From Kiloniellaceae bacterium (GTDB taxonomy: Bacteria > Pseudomonadota > Alphaproteobacteria > Kiloniellales > J153), in NCBI GenBank assembly GCA_021776115.1, contig JAJFGN010000068.1, forward strand, positions 665 to 64,664: DNA of 64,000 bases, read 5' to 3'. How positions within the stretch are numbered: the first letter of the stretch is position 1; every line of letters starts with the position of its first letter. The translations under genes and the position numbers were made by a program. Shown piece after piece: positions 1 through 9,512 of the stretch. The notes under the pieces were generated by a model, which was not told the origin of the DNA, did no database searches, and saw only the letters and a program-made list of their open reading frames with translations.

Positions 1-470
1 CAGCCAAACGATACGCCTATTATCTGACCTCGCAGGGATTTGCTGAGAAGAGCCGGCTCGTTGCCGAATACTTGGAAGTCTCGCTCGATTTCTTCCGGAG
101 CGCACGTCGCGAATATGGCGAGTTGTTTGAGCGCGCCGAAAGCTGCGGATTGAAGCGCTTGGCTCTGGTCGGCAGCGGTGAACTGGCAGAGATCGCGATT
201 ATGGCGGCAGCAGAGACGAAAGTGGTTCTTGTTGCTGTTGTTGATGATCAGACCACCCGTGGCCAGTTATTCGGTTTGCAGGTTTGTCGGTCTCTTGGCG
301 ATCTTCATAGGTTCGACGCTCTGGTCATTACGGACAGCGAAATGCCGCAGGCGACCTTCGATCATTTGATTTCGAAATTTGCGGCTAACCGTGTTCTCGC
401 GCCGGCATTGTTGCGCATCCTCAGAGACCCCGATGGGGCGCCGGCGCATGCCCGAAAGGTGGCCCGGTGA
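1..470 (+). CDS. Partial (5' end outside window) winged-helix regulator resembling EPS-associated MarR-type proteins, with a C-terminal Rossmann-like domain
   Basis: Frame 3 is open from the window edge (AKRYAYYLTSQGFAEKSRLVAEYLEVSLDFF...), so the ORF-track TTG start at 72 is probably internal. It has an RYxYxLTxxGxxxK wing-like motif followed by KRLALVGSGELAEIA (glycine-rich beta-alpha-beta). The stop TGA at 468-470 overlaps the next gene start. Confidence 0.4.
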   Translation, partial: AKRYAYYLTSQGFAEKSRLVAEYLEVSLDFFRSARREYGELFERAESCGLKRLALVGSGELAEIAIMAAAETKVVLVAVVDDQTTRGQLFGLQVCRSLGDLHRFDALVITDSEMPQATFDHLISKFAANRVLAPALLRILRDPDGAPAHARKVAR

Positions 471-970
471 TGAGCACTTGGTATGTGGCCAGTACGCGGC
501 CACATCAGGAATCTCGCGCCGAACTTAATCTTCGTCGGCAGGGTTTCGACGCGTGGTTGCCGCGCCTGCGCCGAAAGCGCCGGCATGCGCGGCGTACTGG
601 CACGGTATTTGCTCCACTTTTCCCAGGCTATCTATTTGTTCGAATCGACCCAGAGAGACAGCCCTGGCGGGCAATCAATAGCACCTATGGCGTGCGGCAC
701 TTGATTTGCCAGGATTCCCGTCCGGCGCCAGTGCCGGAAGATTTCATCAGTTCGCTTCGCGGCAGCCTTGACGAGGATGGGGTTGTCGCGGTGGAGGATG
801 ACGGCCTTAAGCCCGGCGTGCAGGTGCGCCTTCTTAGTGGCCCCTTCTTCGATTGCATCGGTAAGTTGCTGGAAATTGCTGACCGAGAGCGCGTATCTTT
901 GTTGCTGAGTATTCTAGGTAGAGAAGTCAAGACGACTGTTTCTCGGCGGATCGTTGCACTTGTGGACTAG
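467..970 (+). CDS. NusG-family paralog (RfaH/LoaP-like specialised transcription antiterminator candidate)
   Basis: 167 aa. NGN-like N-terminus (WYVASTRPHQESRAELNLRRQGFDAWLP...FPGYLFVRI) and KOW-like C-terminus (GVQVRLLSGPFFDCIGKLLEI). GTG 467 / ATG 470 overlaps the upstream stop (GTGATG). It is not in the housekeeping secE-nusG-rplK context. Confidence 0.7.
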   Translation: MMSTWYVASTRPHQESRAELNLRRQGFDAWLPRLRRKRRHARRTGTVFAPLFPGYLFVRIDPERQPWRAINSTYGVRHLICQDSRPAPVPEDFISSLRGSLDEDGVVAVEDDGLKPGVQVRLLSGPFFDCIGKLLEIADRERVSLLLSILGREVKTTVSRRIVALVD

Positions 971-1275
971 GTAGGGCTAAATGCAGCTTTGCTGCGAAGG
1001 TTGAAGCGATCTGCGTGCTTCATCACTTCAAAAGTCATTTCTGTTCTTAACGGGGCAACGCTTTTTCTCCGATTCTTATCTGGTTCCCCGGTTTCTTCGG
1101 GTGAATCCCTAATGCGCTCCGGCAGGTATGGACAGCGGAACATCTTGTCGATGACGCAGGCGCGCGCATTGCGCCGGTTTGTCATTAGATTTGATCGAGG
1201 TACGAAGAGCATCTGCCTGAGATTCTTCTTCCGGGCGATTTTTATTGTCGTGATTCCGGGAACGAGATAGATGGT

Positions 1276-2280
1276 GTGTCCTTAACAATTTGGCAGAGTC
1301 AGAACTGGCTGGAGCGAGGCTTGAGTAGCTCAAAGACCTACAGTCTCAAGGGCAAACGTGTCTGGGTTGCCGGCCAGAATGGCATGGTCGGGCGTGCCCT
1401 CGTGCACTGCCTAGAGCGGGAAGATTGCGTCATCCTTTTTTTGGATCGCCATCGGCTTGATCTGCGGCGGCAAGCTGATGTCGAGGCTTGGTTGGCAAGC
1501 GCCGAGCCGCAGGTGGTGGTCCTGGCGGCGGCACGTGTTGGCGGGATTCATGCCAACAATACTTACCCGGCGGACTTCATTTACGACAACCTGGCCATCG
1601 AGACGAACATCATCCAGGCCGCCCATCTTGCGGGTGTCGAAAAGCTCTTGTTCCTTGGCTCATCCTGCGTCTATCCACGCGAAGCGCCCCAGCCCATTTC
1701 CGAAAACGCACTGCTGAGCGGCCCTTTGGAGCCAACCAATGAATGGTATGCGATCGCGAAGATCGCAGGCATCAAGATGTGCCAAGCCTACCGGCGGCAA
1801 TATAACTGCGACTTCATATCGGTAATGCCGTCTAATCTTTTCGGGCCAGGGGATAACTTCCATCCCGAGAACAGTCATGTGCCGGCCGCACTTCTGCTCC
1901 GTTTTCATGAGGCTAAGGTCGCGGGACGGGACGAGGTCGTCGTCTGGGGCACCGGCAAGCCGAGGCGGGAATTCCTCTATTTAGACGACTTAGCTGACGC
2001 CTGTGTCTTTTTGCTCAAGCACTATTCTGACGAACAGCCCGTTAACATTGGCACTGGTTTTGATTTGCCCATTTCCGAATTCGCGGCAAAAGTCGCCCGC
2101 ATTGTCGGATTTAGGGGACGCATCGCTTACGACCCATCACGTCCCGACGGCACGCCAGCAAAGCTGTTGGATGTCCGAGTTATAAACGAGATGGGTTGGG
2201 CTGCGCCAACGTCTTTGGAGCGCGGTCTTGAGCTCTACTATGAGTGGTTTCTTGGCAATATTGCCGAATTGCGCAGCTAG
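1276..2280 (+). CDS. fcl: GDP-L-fucose synthase (GDP-4-keto-6-deoxy-D-mannose 3,5-epimerase/4-reductase)
   Basis: KRVWVAGQNGMVGRAL Rossmann motif, GSSCVYP, YAIAKIAG (YxxxK), and C-terminal GTPAKLLDV typical of Fcl/WcaG. TTG at 1321, preceded by GGAG, is a plausible alternative start. Confidence 0.9.
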   Translation: MSLTIWQSQNWLERGLSSSKTYSLKGKRVWVAGQNGMVGRALVHCLEREDCVILFLDRHRLDLRRQADVEAWLASAEPQVVVLAAARVGGIHANNTYPADFIYDNLAIETNIIQAAHLAGVEKLLFLGSSCVYPREAPQPISENALLSGPLEPTNEWYAIAKIAGIKMCQAYRRQYNCDFISVMPSNLFGPGDNFHPENSHVPAALLLRFHEAKVAGRDEVVVWGTGKPRREFLYLDDLADACVFLLKHYSDEQPVNIGTGFDLPISEFAAKVARIVGFRGRIAYDPSRPDGTPAKLLDVRVINEMGWAAPTSLERGLELYYEWFLGNIAELRS

Positions 2281-2495
2281 ATTGACTGCCTGGCCAAGCC
2301 GCCGAAAGGGGCGATACCGTGAGAATCGAGCTGCATCGACGTCTTGAGGTTCGAACCTGCCGGAACACATCTGCCGTGCTTTTGCGCCGACTGATTTGGC
2401 CGGCTCACCTATCGCGAATTAACGGCACGATTTTGATCTATTTGGGTGCAAGAGTGATGTCCTAAGCCGGAGGAGGTCGCAATATCGAGACCCAG

Positions 2496-3557
2496 TCAAG
2501 CCTTCACTTGCTCCAACTCCGCCAGGTCTGAACTGACCATCTCGCGCACGAGTTCGTGGAAAGTAGTTTTTGGCTTCCAGCCCAATACGTCGCGAGCCTT
2601 CGTGGCGTCTCCGCATAGGGTGCTTACTTCGGTCGGCCGGAAGTAACGGGGATCTATCGCGACCAGCGCGTCTCCGCTCTCCGCGTCGACCCCTGTTTCC
2701 TCTATACCCGCGCCGCGCCACTCGATCCGGCGTCCTACGTGTACGAACGCGAGCTCGACGAATTCGCGAACTGTGTGCTTCTCACCAGTGGCAAGAACGT
2801 AATCATCGGGCTCTGGCTGCTGCAGCATGAGCCACATGCCTTCCACATAGTCCCTGGCGTGCCCCCAATCTCTCTCTGCATCCAAATTTCCCAGATGTAG
2901 CCTTTGCTGCAAGCCGCGCTGAATGGCAGCCACAGCGCGGGTAATTTTGCGAGTAACGAAGGTCTCGCCCCGCGTCGGTCCTTCGTGATTGAAGAGAATT
3001 CCGTTGGAGGCATGAAGCCCATAAGCCTGTCGATAGTTAACGGTAATCCAGTATGCGTAAAGCTTGGCAGCTGCATAAGGGCTTCGCGGCCGAAACGGCG
3101 TTGTCTCCCGCTGCGGCTCTTCCGCCACGTCGCCATAGAGTTCCGAAGTGGAGGCCTGATAAAACTTCACGGTCTGCTCCATCCCCAAGATGCGGATGGC
3201 TTCCAGTAGTCGCAGGGTGCCGAGAGCATCGGCGTTCGCCGTGTATTCCGGAGTCTCGAAACTCACCTGAACGTGGCTCTGGGCAGCTAGGTTGTAAATC
3301 TCGGTGGGCTGAGTCTCCTGTACCAAGCGAATCAAATTTGTAGCGTCGGTAAGGTCGCCGTAGTGCATCGAAAAGGGAGGCCCTTCTTCGTGAATATCGT
3401 GATATAGATGATCCACACGCCCCGTGTTGAAAGACGAGGAACGCCGCTTCACGCCGTGGACCACATATCCTTTTTCAAGAAGGAATTCGGCCAAAAGCGC
3501 GCCATCTTGCCCAGTAATACCGGTGATCAATGCGACCTTCGTTTTCGAGCGTATCAT
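2496..3557 (-). CDS. gmd: GDP-mannose 4,6-dehydratase (long form)
   Basis: 353 aa. [48 protein letters not shown] and [17 protein letters not shown] give a near-canonical Gmd. Confidence 0.95.
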   Translation of the reverse strand: MIRSKTKVALITGITGQDGALLAEFLLEKGYVVHGVKRRSSSFNTGRVDHLYHDIHEEGPPFSMHYGDLTDATNLIRLVQETQPTEIYNLAAQSHVQVSFETPEYTANADALGTLRLLEAIRILGMEQTVKFYQASTSELYGDVAEEPQRETTPFRPRSPYAAAKLYAYWITVNYRQAYGLHASNGILFNHEGPTRGETFVTRKITRAVAAIQRGLQQRLHLGNLDAERDWGHARDYVEGMWLMLQQPEPDDYVLATGEKHTVREFVELAFVHVGRRIEWRGAGIEETGVDAESGDALVAIDPRYFRPTEVSTLCGDATKARDVLGWKPKTTFHELVREMVSSDLAELEQVKA

Positions 3558-3750
3558 CTCAAGTACCCATTCGAACTGATGTTATTGAGCATAAGCCTTC
3601 CCGGCTCCCGTTCATCTTAAACACGCAGGCCTGCCCGTCCGAGATAGGAAGGCCTCAGGGCAGCTATTAAGAATGCGTTTCATGCGGCCATGAGGGTCTG
3701 GTTGTCATACCCTTGGCAGTTTGGCTGAAACCACAGGGAAAATGGGGCAA

Positions 3751-4641
3751 CTAGCCGTTTAATCTGGCAGCTGCCCGAATGCGCGTGGCCCGTGAGAAGG
3801 ATAAAAGTCGGCGATAGAGTGCCATAAAAACCGTTTGAGGAAGGGTCGAATGCGCCAAATAATAAATGAAATAGAGTAGCAGAAAACGGTTGGAGGGGAT
3901 GCTGCGCCATTCAACCCAGACCCGTATTAGAGAGCCAAGCGAATAGAAGTCCTTATGCTTTGCCTGTATTCCCGACCAAAGCTCGGCATAGAGATCCGAT
4001 GACACACTTTGCAGCATTCCTGTCGTTGCGACCTGATAATGGAAAAGTGGCTCAGGGATGGCCAAGCCATAAAAACCTGAAGTACCTAGGCGCAAATTGA
4101 ACTCCCAGTCCTCGCAACCTCGCCTCATAGACTCGTCATAACCGCCGGCTTGTTCCCAAACCTGCTTGCGGATGAATATGCAGTAGGGAACGTGATTTAA
4201 GAAAAGTTGCTCGAAGAAGTTGTAGGTCTTTTTAAGAACACCTGCCTCATTCCCTTCCAGGGAGATATGTGCGAAGGCATAGGCCCGGTCCGGGTTAGCC
4301 TCAAGAAGGGCGATTGCCTTGGCCAAGAACGTCGGCTCGATCCAATCATCGCAGTCGAGAGGCAACACGAACTCTCCAAGAGCCTCTCGAAAGCCCGTGT
4401 TACGGGCCCCCGGTAGGCCCCGGTTTTCCTGGTGAACCAACCTCACATCGTCGCCAAGGGTTTGCAAATAGGCGAGTGTGTCCGGTTCTGTTGACCCATC
4501 ATTCACGACGACAATTTCAAAGTCCCGAAAGGTTTGGGTGCGGACGCTATCCAATGCGCGACCGAGAAAGGCGTGAGCATTGTAACAGGGAATGATGACG
4601 CTGACATTCGGGGACTGAGCGTAGTTTCCAGCATAACTCAT
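3751..4641 (-). CDS. Glycosyltransferase family 2 (GT-A)
   Basis: VSVIIPCYNAHAFLGRALDSVRTQTFRDFEIVVVNDGS and LPLDCDD (DxD). Start moved from 4671 to ATG 4641, which forms an ATGA overlap with the upstream stop at 4638-4640. Confidence 0.85.
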   Translation of the reverse strand: MSYAGNYAQSPNVSVIIPCYNAHAFLGRALDSVRTQTFRDFEIVVVNDGSTEPDTLAYLQTLGDDVRLVHQENRGLPGARNTGFREALGEFVLPLDCDDWIEPTFLAKAIALLEANPDRAYAFAHISLEGNEAGVLKKTYNFFEQLFLNHVPYCIFIRKQVWEQAGGYDESMRRGCEDWEFNLRLGTSGFYGLAIPEPLFHYQVATTGMLQSVSSDLYAELWSGIQAKHKDFYSLGSLIRVWVEWRSIPSNRFLLLYFIYYLAHSTLPQTVFMALYRRLLSFSRATRIRAAARLNG

Positions 4642-5402
4642 GGTCGGCAGTCTGCCCAGATCTCGCCCCAACGCAACACTACCTCGACCGGTTTGAGACC
4701 GGCCGCTGAGATCTCATCCTCGAACTGCTTGAATGTGTGTTCGATATAGTGTGTTGGATCGGAGAAGTAATTGACACCCAACTCGGCGCGTAAGGGGTTA
4801 TGCCAATGGCGCTCGAAGAGAGGCACGCGGACAAGCAGCTTTCCAGCGTCCGTTCGAGAGATCACGTTCATGAGGAAGTCGACGCGCTGATCTATGTGCT
4901 CCAAAATATTGGATAGAACAACCACGTCCCAATGGTCCGAAGGAAGGTCCTTGAGCACATCGCCCAGCACAAATTTCAGATTTGCCGGGTTCTCGGCCGC
5001 AATAGCCTGGCTAAGACGTGGTTGATCCAGATCGATCCCGGTCACTTCGACGCCACGTACACGTTGCGCGATGCTGCGCGCGACCGCTCCGTATCCACAG
5101 CCAATATCCAGGACGGTACTTCCAGGGGAGATGCGATCGACGAAAAAGTCGTGATATGCCATTAGGCGATGCTTTGGGTGTTCGCCATTTCCATACGCTA
5201 CGGCCCGCTCATTGATCACTAAGTCTAGCCGGTCTTGAAGCATAAACAGGCGTTTAAGTGCGCTTGCCGGATCGTCCACGCGCGATTCCAGGATGAATTG
5301 CCCAAAGATCAGCGTTTCACGCAACCGGTATGGAATGAGCCGGTATAGGCACGCAACGAGCGCCGCAAGTTTGAGCAGGAGGGTCTTGCGCACGGCCATC
5401 AT
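4638..5402 (-). CDS. Class I SAM-dependent methyltransferase
   Basis: SAM motif I VLDIGCGYGAVARSIA and VVVLSNILEHI. Start moved to ATG 5402 (ATGA overlap with the upstream stop at 5399-5401). Confidence 0.8.
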   Translation of the reverse strand: MMAVRKTLLLKLAALVACLYRLIPYRLRETLIFGQFILESRVDDPASALKRLFMLQDRLDLVINERAVAYGNGEHPKHRLMAYHDFFVDRISPGSTVLDIGCGYGAVARSIAQRVRGVEVTGIDLDQPRLSQAIAAENPANLKFVLGDVLKDLPSDHWDVVVLSNILEHIDQRVDFLMNVISRTDAGKLLVRVPLFERHWHNPLRAELGVNYFSDPTHYIEHTFKQFEDEISAAGLKPVEVVLRWGEIWADCRP

Positions 5403-6520
5403 CTCCGTTGCTGCAAGAGTTGACGGAAAATCTGGTCGTGATGGCTGAGCCAATCGCGGATATCGAAATGCGATACGGCGCGGGCCCTGGCCGCGCCGGA
5501 CATTTCGCCGGCACGTTCGGCAATCCGGAGCATGCCGTTGGCAATATCACTGGCCGATGGGACCTGGGGGCGTTCCCAATCCTCGTCGCAGTTCAGGGCG
5601 ACGCCGGCCTCGCTGCCTACCAGTTCCGGGACTCCGCCTGTATTGGAATAGAGAACCGGCAACCCACATGCCAGGGCTTCCAGGACCGCGTTGGGGCACG
5701 GATCCTGGTGCTTGGTCGTGACATATGCTTGCGCCGAAGCATAGAGCAAGGGCGCTTCGGTTTGGCTATATGGCCCGACGATCCGAATGCAGCCGTCGAG
5801 CTTGAGATCGGCGATCAATTGCCGAGTGACATTCTGCGCGGCCGAATCTAAGCCTCCGGCAATCACGAGCTTAGCCTCAAGGCCACGCTTGCGTGCTTCG
5901 GCGAGGCCTTGCAGCGTGGACTGCAGTCGATAGAACAAATGGGCGCCGATTTTCCCGGTGAGCAGGAACGTTATTCCGTCCAAGCACTCTCTAGCCGCAT
6001 CGGATTGGGGACGGAACCGCTTCGTATCGACGGCGTTATAAAGAATCTCTCCCGGTCCGTCTCTCACGCCCAGAAAACGATGCGCGACCTTGCGGCAAAA
6101 TTCGCTTTGGTAGAAGACATGATCCGCGCAATGAAAAGTCCGTGCCATGCGCCGGTTCTGATACTGCCAGTCACCCTCGTACCAAGCAGGGTAAAACACG
6201 CCATTCTGATTATGAACGATGGGAATGCCGCGAGCCTTTAGGAGAGTGACCGCCAGATCGGGAAGGTAGGGTGCATTGCTTAGGACATAAGCGATATTAT
6301 AGCGCCAAAGGTGTTCGGCAAATTGCGCGCTCAACCGCTGAATTTTAACCAGAGGCCCGCCTTGGTCGCCAGAGCGCGCACCGCCATAGAACAACAGCGG
6401 CGCCGTGCCATGTCCGCTGCTTGGGATCGACGCAAGGGCGTGGGCCCCAAGGGCGCCCGAATAGGCAGCCCGTCCTACCCGCTTGGCAAGATGGTCACGG
6501 TGTAAGTGCGACGTCATCAC
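5399..6520 (-). CDS. Glycosyltransferase, GT-B fold (GT4-like)
   Basis: C-terminal GT-B signature QDPCPNAVLEALACGLPVLYSNTGGVPELVG. GTG 6520 / ATG 6517 overlaps the upstream stop. Confidence 0.8.
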   Translation of the reverse strand: MMTSHLHRDHLAKRVGRAAYSGALGAHALASIPSSGHGTAPLLFYGGARSGDQGGPLVKIQRLSAQFAEHLWRYNIAYVLSNAPYLPDLAVTLLKARGIPIVHNQNGVFYPAWYEGDWQYQNRRMARTFHCADHVFYQSEFCRKVAHRFLGVRDGPGEILYNAVDTKRFRPQSDAARECLDGITFLLTGKIGAHLFYRLQSTLQGLAEARKRGLEAKLVIAGGLDSAAQNVTRQLIADLKLDGCIRIVGPYSQTEAPLLYASAQAYVTTKHQDPCPNAVLEALACGLPVLYSNTGGVPELVGSEAGVALNCDEDWERPQVPSASDIANGMLRIAERAGEMSGAARARAVSHFDIRDWLSHHDQIFRQLLQQRR

Positions 6521-7626
6521 ATGAGGGGCCGGTATACCTGCTCGTAGTGCTGGCGCGCGATGTGACGCCAGTCAAATCCCTGCACGACGGTTTCGCGGGC
6601 CTTCAAGGCACGCGCGGTACGTTGCTCGGGTGTGGCGGCCAAGAGGGCCGAGGCCTGCTCGCACATAGTTTTCACGTCGTCGACTTCGACCAGGCCATTG
6701 AGCGCGGTGTTGGGAATGAGGTCCTCGGCTTGGCCCACTCTAGTCGAAACGACCGGCACGTGGGTTGCCATGCTTTCCATTAGCGCCATTGGGCCACCTT
6801 CCTCGCGGGAGGTGACAAGGTACAGGTCTAGGGCATGGTAATAGCGAACCATATCACGGTAATCGCTGAGAAAATCGTGGCGATAGGGGATCCCATGCCG
6901 TTCGAGCCCAAGCCGGACATAGCCGCGTGCGGGCCCCGTCAGCAGAACGAATATGGGGATGCGCTCGGCAAGACTGCGGACGGCTTCTATGAAGACGTCC
7001 GGCCCCTTGATTAACTTCGGCTCTACGCCATCTCCCCAGCCAACACCGTCCTTCTGAAACGAGCCGATGCATGTACGGTCGTCTGGGATTCCAAGTCGCG
7101 TTCGTGCATTGCGCCGCTGCTCAGGCGTGGGCGGAAGAAACAGACTGGTGTCGCAGCCGATTGGAATCTTGACCAGCTTCTCCCGGGGGACTCCCCAGTC
7201 GAGCAGTCGCCGTTCGACGAGGCTGGCGCCGGTTACGATTTTACTCAGCTGCGGAACACTTTTGACAAACATATCAATGTGTCTGGCTACGTCCGGGCCG
7301 TCCTCCGGCTTGCCGTGGAAAAATGACGTCACAAAACGGTTCGACCTCGCCATGTGGGAACCCCACGTTAGCCACATGTACTGCGATCCGAAATGGACCA
7401 CCCGATCGACAATGGGTGCGGGATTTGTAGTGATCGCGGCCGTCCCCGGGTGTTCGGCTTCAATGCCGTCGCATACATAGTTTCCGACCCAGTGGATTGC
7501 CCAATCCGCGCGCTCAACGACAAAATTGACCGGTGGGAACTTTGCATCATGCAAACCAAGACAGCGCAGGACGGAATAGCCCTGGCAGGTACCGGCGCGG
7601 GCGATATCTCGAACGAAGGTCTTCAT
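6517..7626 (-). CDS. Glycosyltransferase, GT-B fold (GT4-like)
   Basis: SREEGGPMALMESMATHVPVVSTRVGQAEDLI. ATGA overlap with the upstream gene at 7623-7626. Confidence 0.75.
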   Translation of the reverse strand: MKTFVRDIARAGTCQGYSVLRCLGLHDAKFPPVNFVVERADWAIHWVGNYVCDGIEAEHPGTAAITTNPAPIVDRVVHFGSQYMWLTWGSHMARSNRFVTSFFHGKPEDGPDVARHIDMFVKSVPQLSKIVTGASLVERRLLDWGVPREKLVKIPIGCDTSLFLPPTPEQRRNARTRLGIPDDRTCIGSFQKDGVGWGDGVEPKLIKGPDVFIEAVRSLAERIPIFVLLTGPARGYVRLGLERHGIPYRHDFLSDYRDMVRYYHALDLYLVTSREEGGPMALMESMATHVPVVSTRVGQAEDLIPNTALNGLVEVDDVKTMCEQASALLAATPEQRTARALKARETVVQGFDWRHIARQHYEQVYRPLM

Positions 7627-8618
7627 TGGGCAGTCAGATCACTTGTATCGGGCATACCCCGTTCCGCATCGATCATGGCCGCCACCACATCGAGCATCCT
7701 TTTTTGTGCCTGCCAACCAAGAATTTTCTGGGCGCGCGAGGCATCGCCAACTCCGCATTGGATCTCTGAGGGCCGGAACAGAGCCTTGTCGATGTCCACG
7801 TGGTCGCGCCAATCGAGGCCCAACTGAGAAAATGCCGTCGCGACGAAGTCTTCCAAGGAGTTGGCCTGTCCGGTGGCAATGACTAGGTCTTCCGGTTGGT
7901 CCAACTGCATCATTCGCCACATGGCGTCGACATACTCAGGAGCCCAACCCCAGTCCCGACGAATTGAGAGATTTCCAAGCGTCAGGCGCTCTTTACTTCC
8001 CGCCGCGATACGGGTCGCTGAGGCGACGACCTTGCGTGTCACAAAACGCGCAGGACGTAACGGGGATTCGTGATTGAAAAGAATACCGGAGCAAGAGAAA
8101 GAGCCATAAGCTTGCCGATATAGAGAGACCAGCCAGCGCGTCGCGGCCTTAGCCACCGCATAGGGGCTGCACGGTTTGAATGCCGTGTCTTCATTGGCTG
8201 CAATGCCTTCCGTGTCGCCAAAGCATTCGCCAGAACTAGCATTGTACAATCGCATATTGCCGCCGATTGTGCGCAGTGCCTCTAAGATGTTGAGCGTGCC
8301 TTGTGTGATGCTTTCCATGGTTTCCGTTGGCTGTTCGAAAGACAGGCCAACGGAGCTTTGCCCGCTGAAATTATAGATCTCGTCGGGCTCCGCCCGTTCG
8401 ATAGTTTGCAGGACGCTCCGGAAATCGGCCATCGCCGTCGACGAAATGGAAACCCGATCTCGGAGGCCCAGTTTCTTCAGGTTTGCGAAACTCGCCATCT
8501 CGGCATCGCGAGAGGTTCCGTAGACCGCATAGTTTTTCTTGAGTAGCAGGGCGGAAAGATATGCGCCATCTTGGCCTGAGATGCCAAATATGAGGGCGCG
8601 CTTTTTGCTGTTAGCCAC
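7623..8618 (-). CDS. Second GDP-mannose 4,6-dehydratase-like SDR (short form, divergent)
   Basis: 331 aa. ALIFGISGQDGAYLSALLLKKNYAVYG, SPYAVAK, GILFNHESPLRPARFVTRKV and RRDWGWAPEYVDAMW. The catalytic segment reads ASSGE instead of the ASTSE seen in the gmd at 2496-3557. Confidence 0.75.
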   Translation of the reverse strand: MANSKKRALIFGISGQDGAYLSALLLKKNYAVYGTSRDAEMASFANLKKLGLRDRVSISSTAMADFRSVLQTIERAEPDEIYNFSGQSSVGLSFEQPTETMESITQGTLNILEALRTIGGNMRLYNASSGECFGDTEGIAANEDTAFKPCSPYAVAKAATRWLVSLYRQAYGSFSCSGILFNHESPLRPARFVTRKVVASATRIAAGSKERLTLGNLSIRRDWGWAPEYVDAMWRMMQLDQPEDLVIATGQANSLEDFVATAFSQLGLDWRDHVDIDKALFRPSEIQCGVGDASRAQKILGWQAQKRMLDVVAAMIDAERGMPDTSDLTAQ

Positions 8619-9462
8619 GTGGTCCGCCCGTCGCCCGGCTTACTACGGCGTATCCTGAAGGCAGGAACGGCAATAGGCGATCCATTCGCAGGGCGCCATG
8701 CAGCAGGACCGCATAGAGTTCCGGAAATTGCTTGCGCAGCGATATGCGCAGCAGGAGTTCGGGAACGGTTATGAAGATGAAGTGAACCAGAAAGCAGGCT
8801 GCCCCACCAAGCTTATAAACCTGGGTGTATTGTCCGGTAAACCGCGCGGCAATCGCGCCCCGGCCATATTGCCGGTAACCGTGCCAGAGATATAGGAACA
8901 GGGCCCAAGTGGACGGAACCAAATGAACCTGCATCCCGTGCTGCGCGAGAAGAGTCTGCAAACGCGCGATCAACCTGCGGTCGTCTGGGATGTGTTCGAG
9001 AGCTGAGTTGGAAACGATAAGGTCAAAACCCGGCTCCAAATCGAGCTTGTGGGCATCGCCCAGGACGAAATCGATCGTGAAGGTGCCGCCTTGCCATCTG
9101 GCGCCATCAAAGCGGTCCTGCACGTCTACACCGATATATTGCCCGCCGTATCCGGCTTTGGCTAGAAGGTCCGACATCCGGCCGCTGCCGCAGCCGATGT
9201 CCAGAACCCGGAGGCGCCGCGGCGCTGTAAGCTTGGGTAACTCATAAAGAATAAAGGCTTCTCCGAGAATCCGTGCCGGAGATGTCGCGTGGATATCATG
9301 ATCTTTTAGAACTCTGCGTGGAAGCGCCCATCGCTGCATGGAAACGGGACCCGCAAAGCCGCCAATATTGCACAGCATGTTTCGCACGACATAACGGATG
9401 CGCCGGAAAGCGGGCATCGGGGCGTCGCCGTTGATCTCCATTGTGTCGACGAGGCGCATCAT
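8611..9462 (-). CDS. Class I SAM-dependent methyltransferase
   Basis: RVLDIGCGSGRMSDLLAKAGYGGQYIGVDV and LIVSNSALEHI. Confidence 0.8.
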   Translation of the reverse strand: MMRLVDTMEINGDAPMPAFRRIRYVVRNMLCNIGGFAGPVSMQRWALPRRVLKDHDIHATSPARILGEAFILYELPKLTAPRRLRVLDIGCGSGRMSDLLAKAGYGGQYIGVDVQDRFDGARWQGGTFTIDFVLGDAHKLDLEPGFDLIVSNSALEHIPDDRRLIARLQTLLAQHGMQVHLVPSTWALFLYLWHGYRQYGRGAIAARFTGQYTQVYKLGGAACFLVHFIFITVPELLLRISLRKQFPELYAVLLHGALRMDRLLPFLPSGYAVVSRATGGPRG

Positions 9463-9512
9463 GGCCGATTATTACTTGTCCGCATGTCAGGAAAATCGCT
9501 CAGCGCACTCGA

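Noticed and set aside
2281-2495. Convergent fcl/gmd gap searched for intrinsic terminators. The 970-1275 gap contains a GGCGC...GCGCC hairpin followed by GGTTTGTCATT.
   Set aside because: Only short (4-5 bp) stems with weak or absent U-tracts were found. This is not enough to call features.
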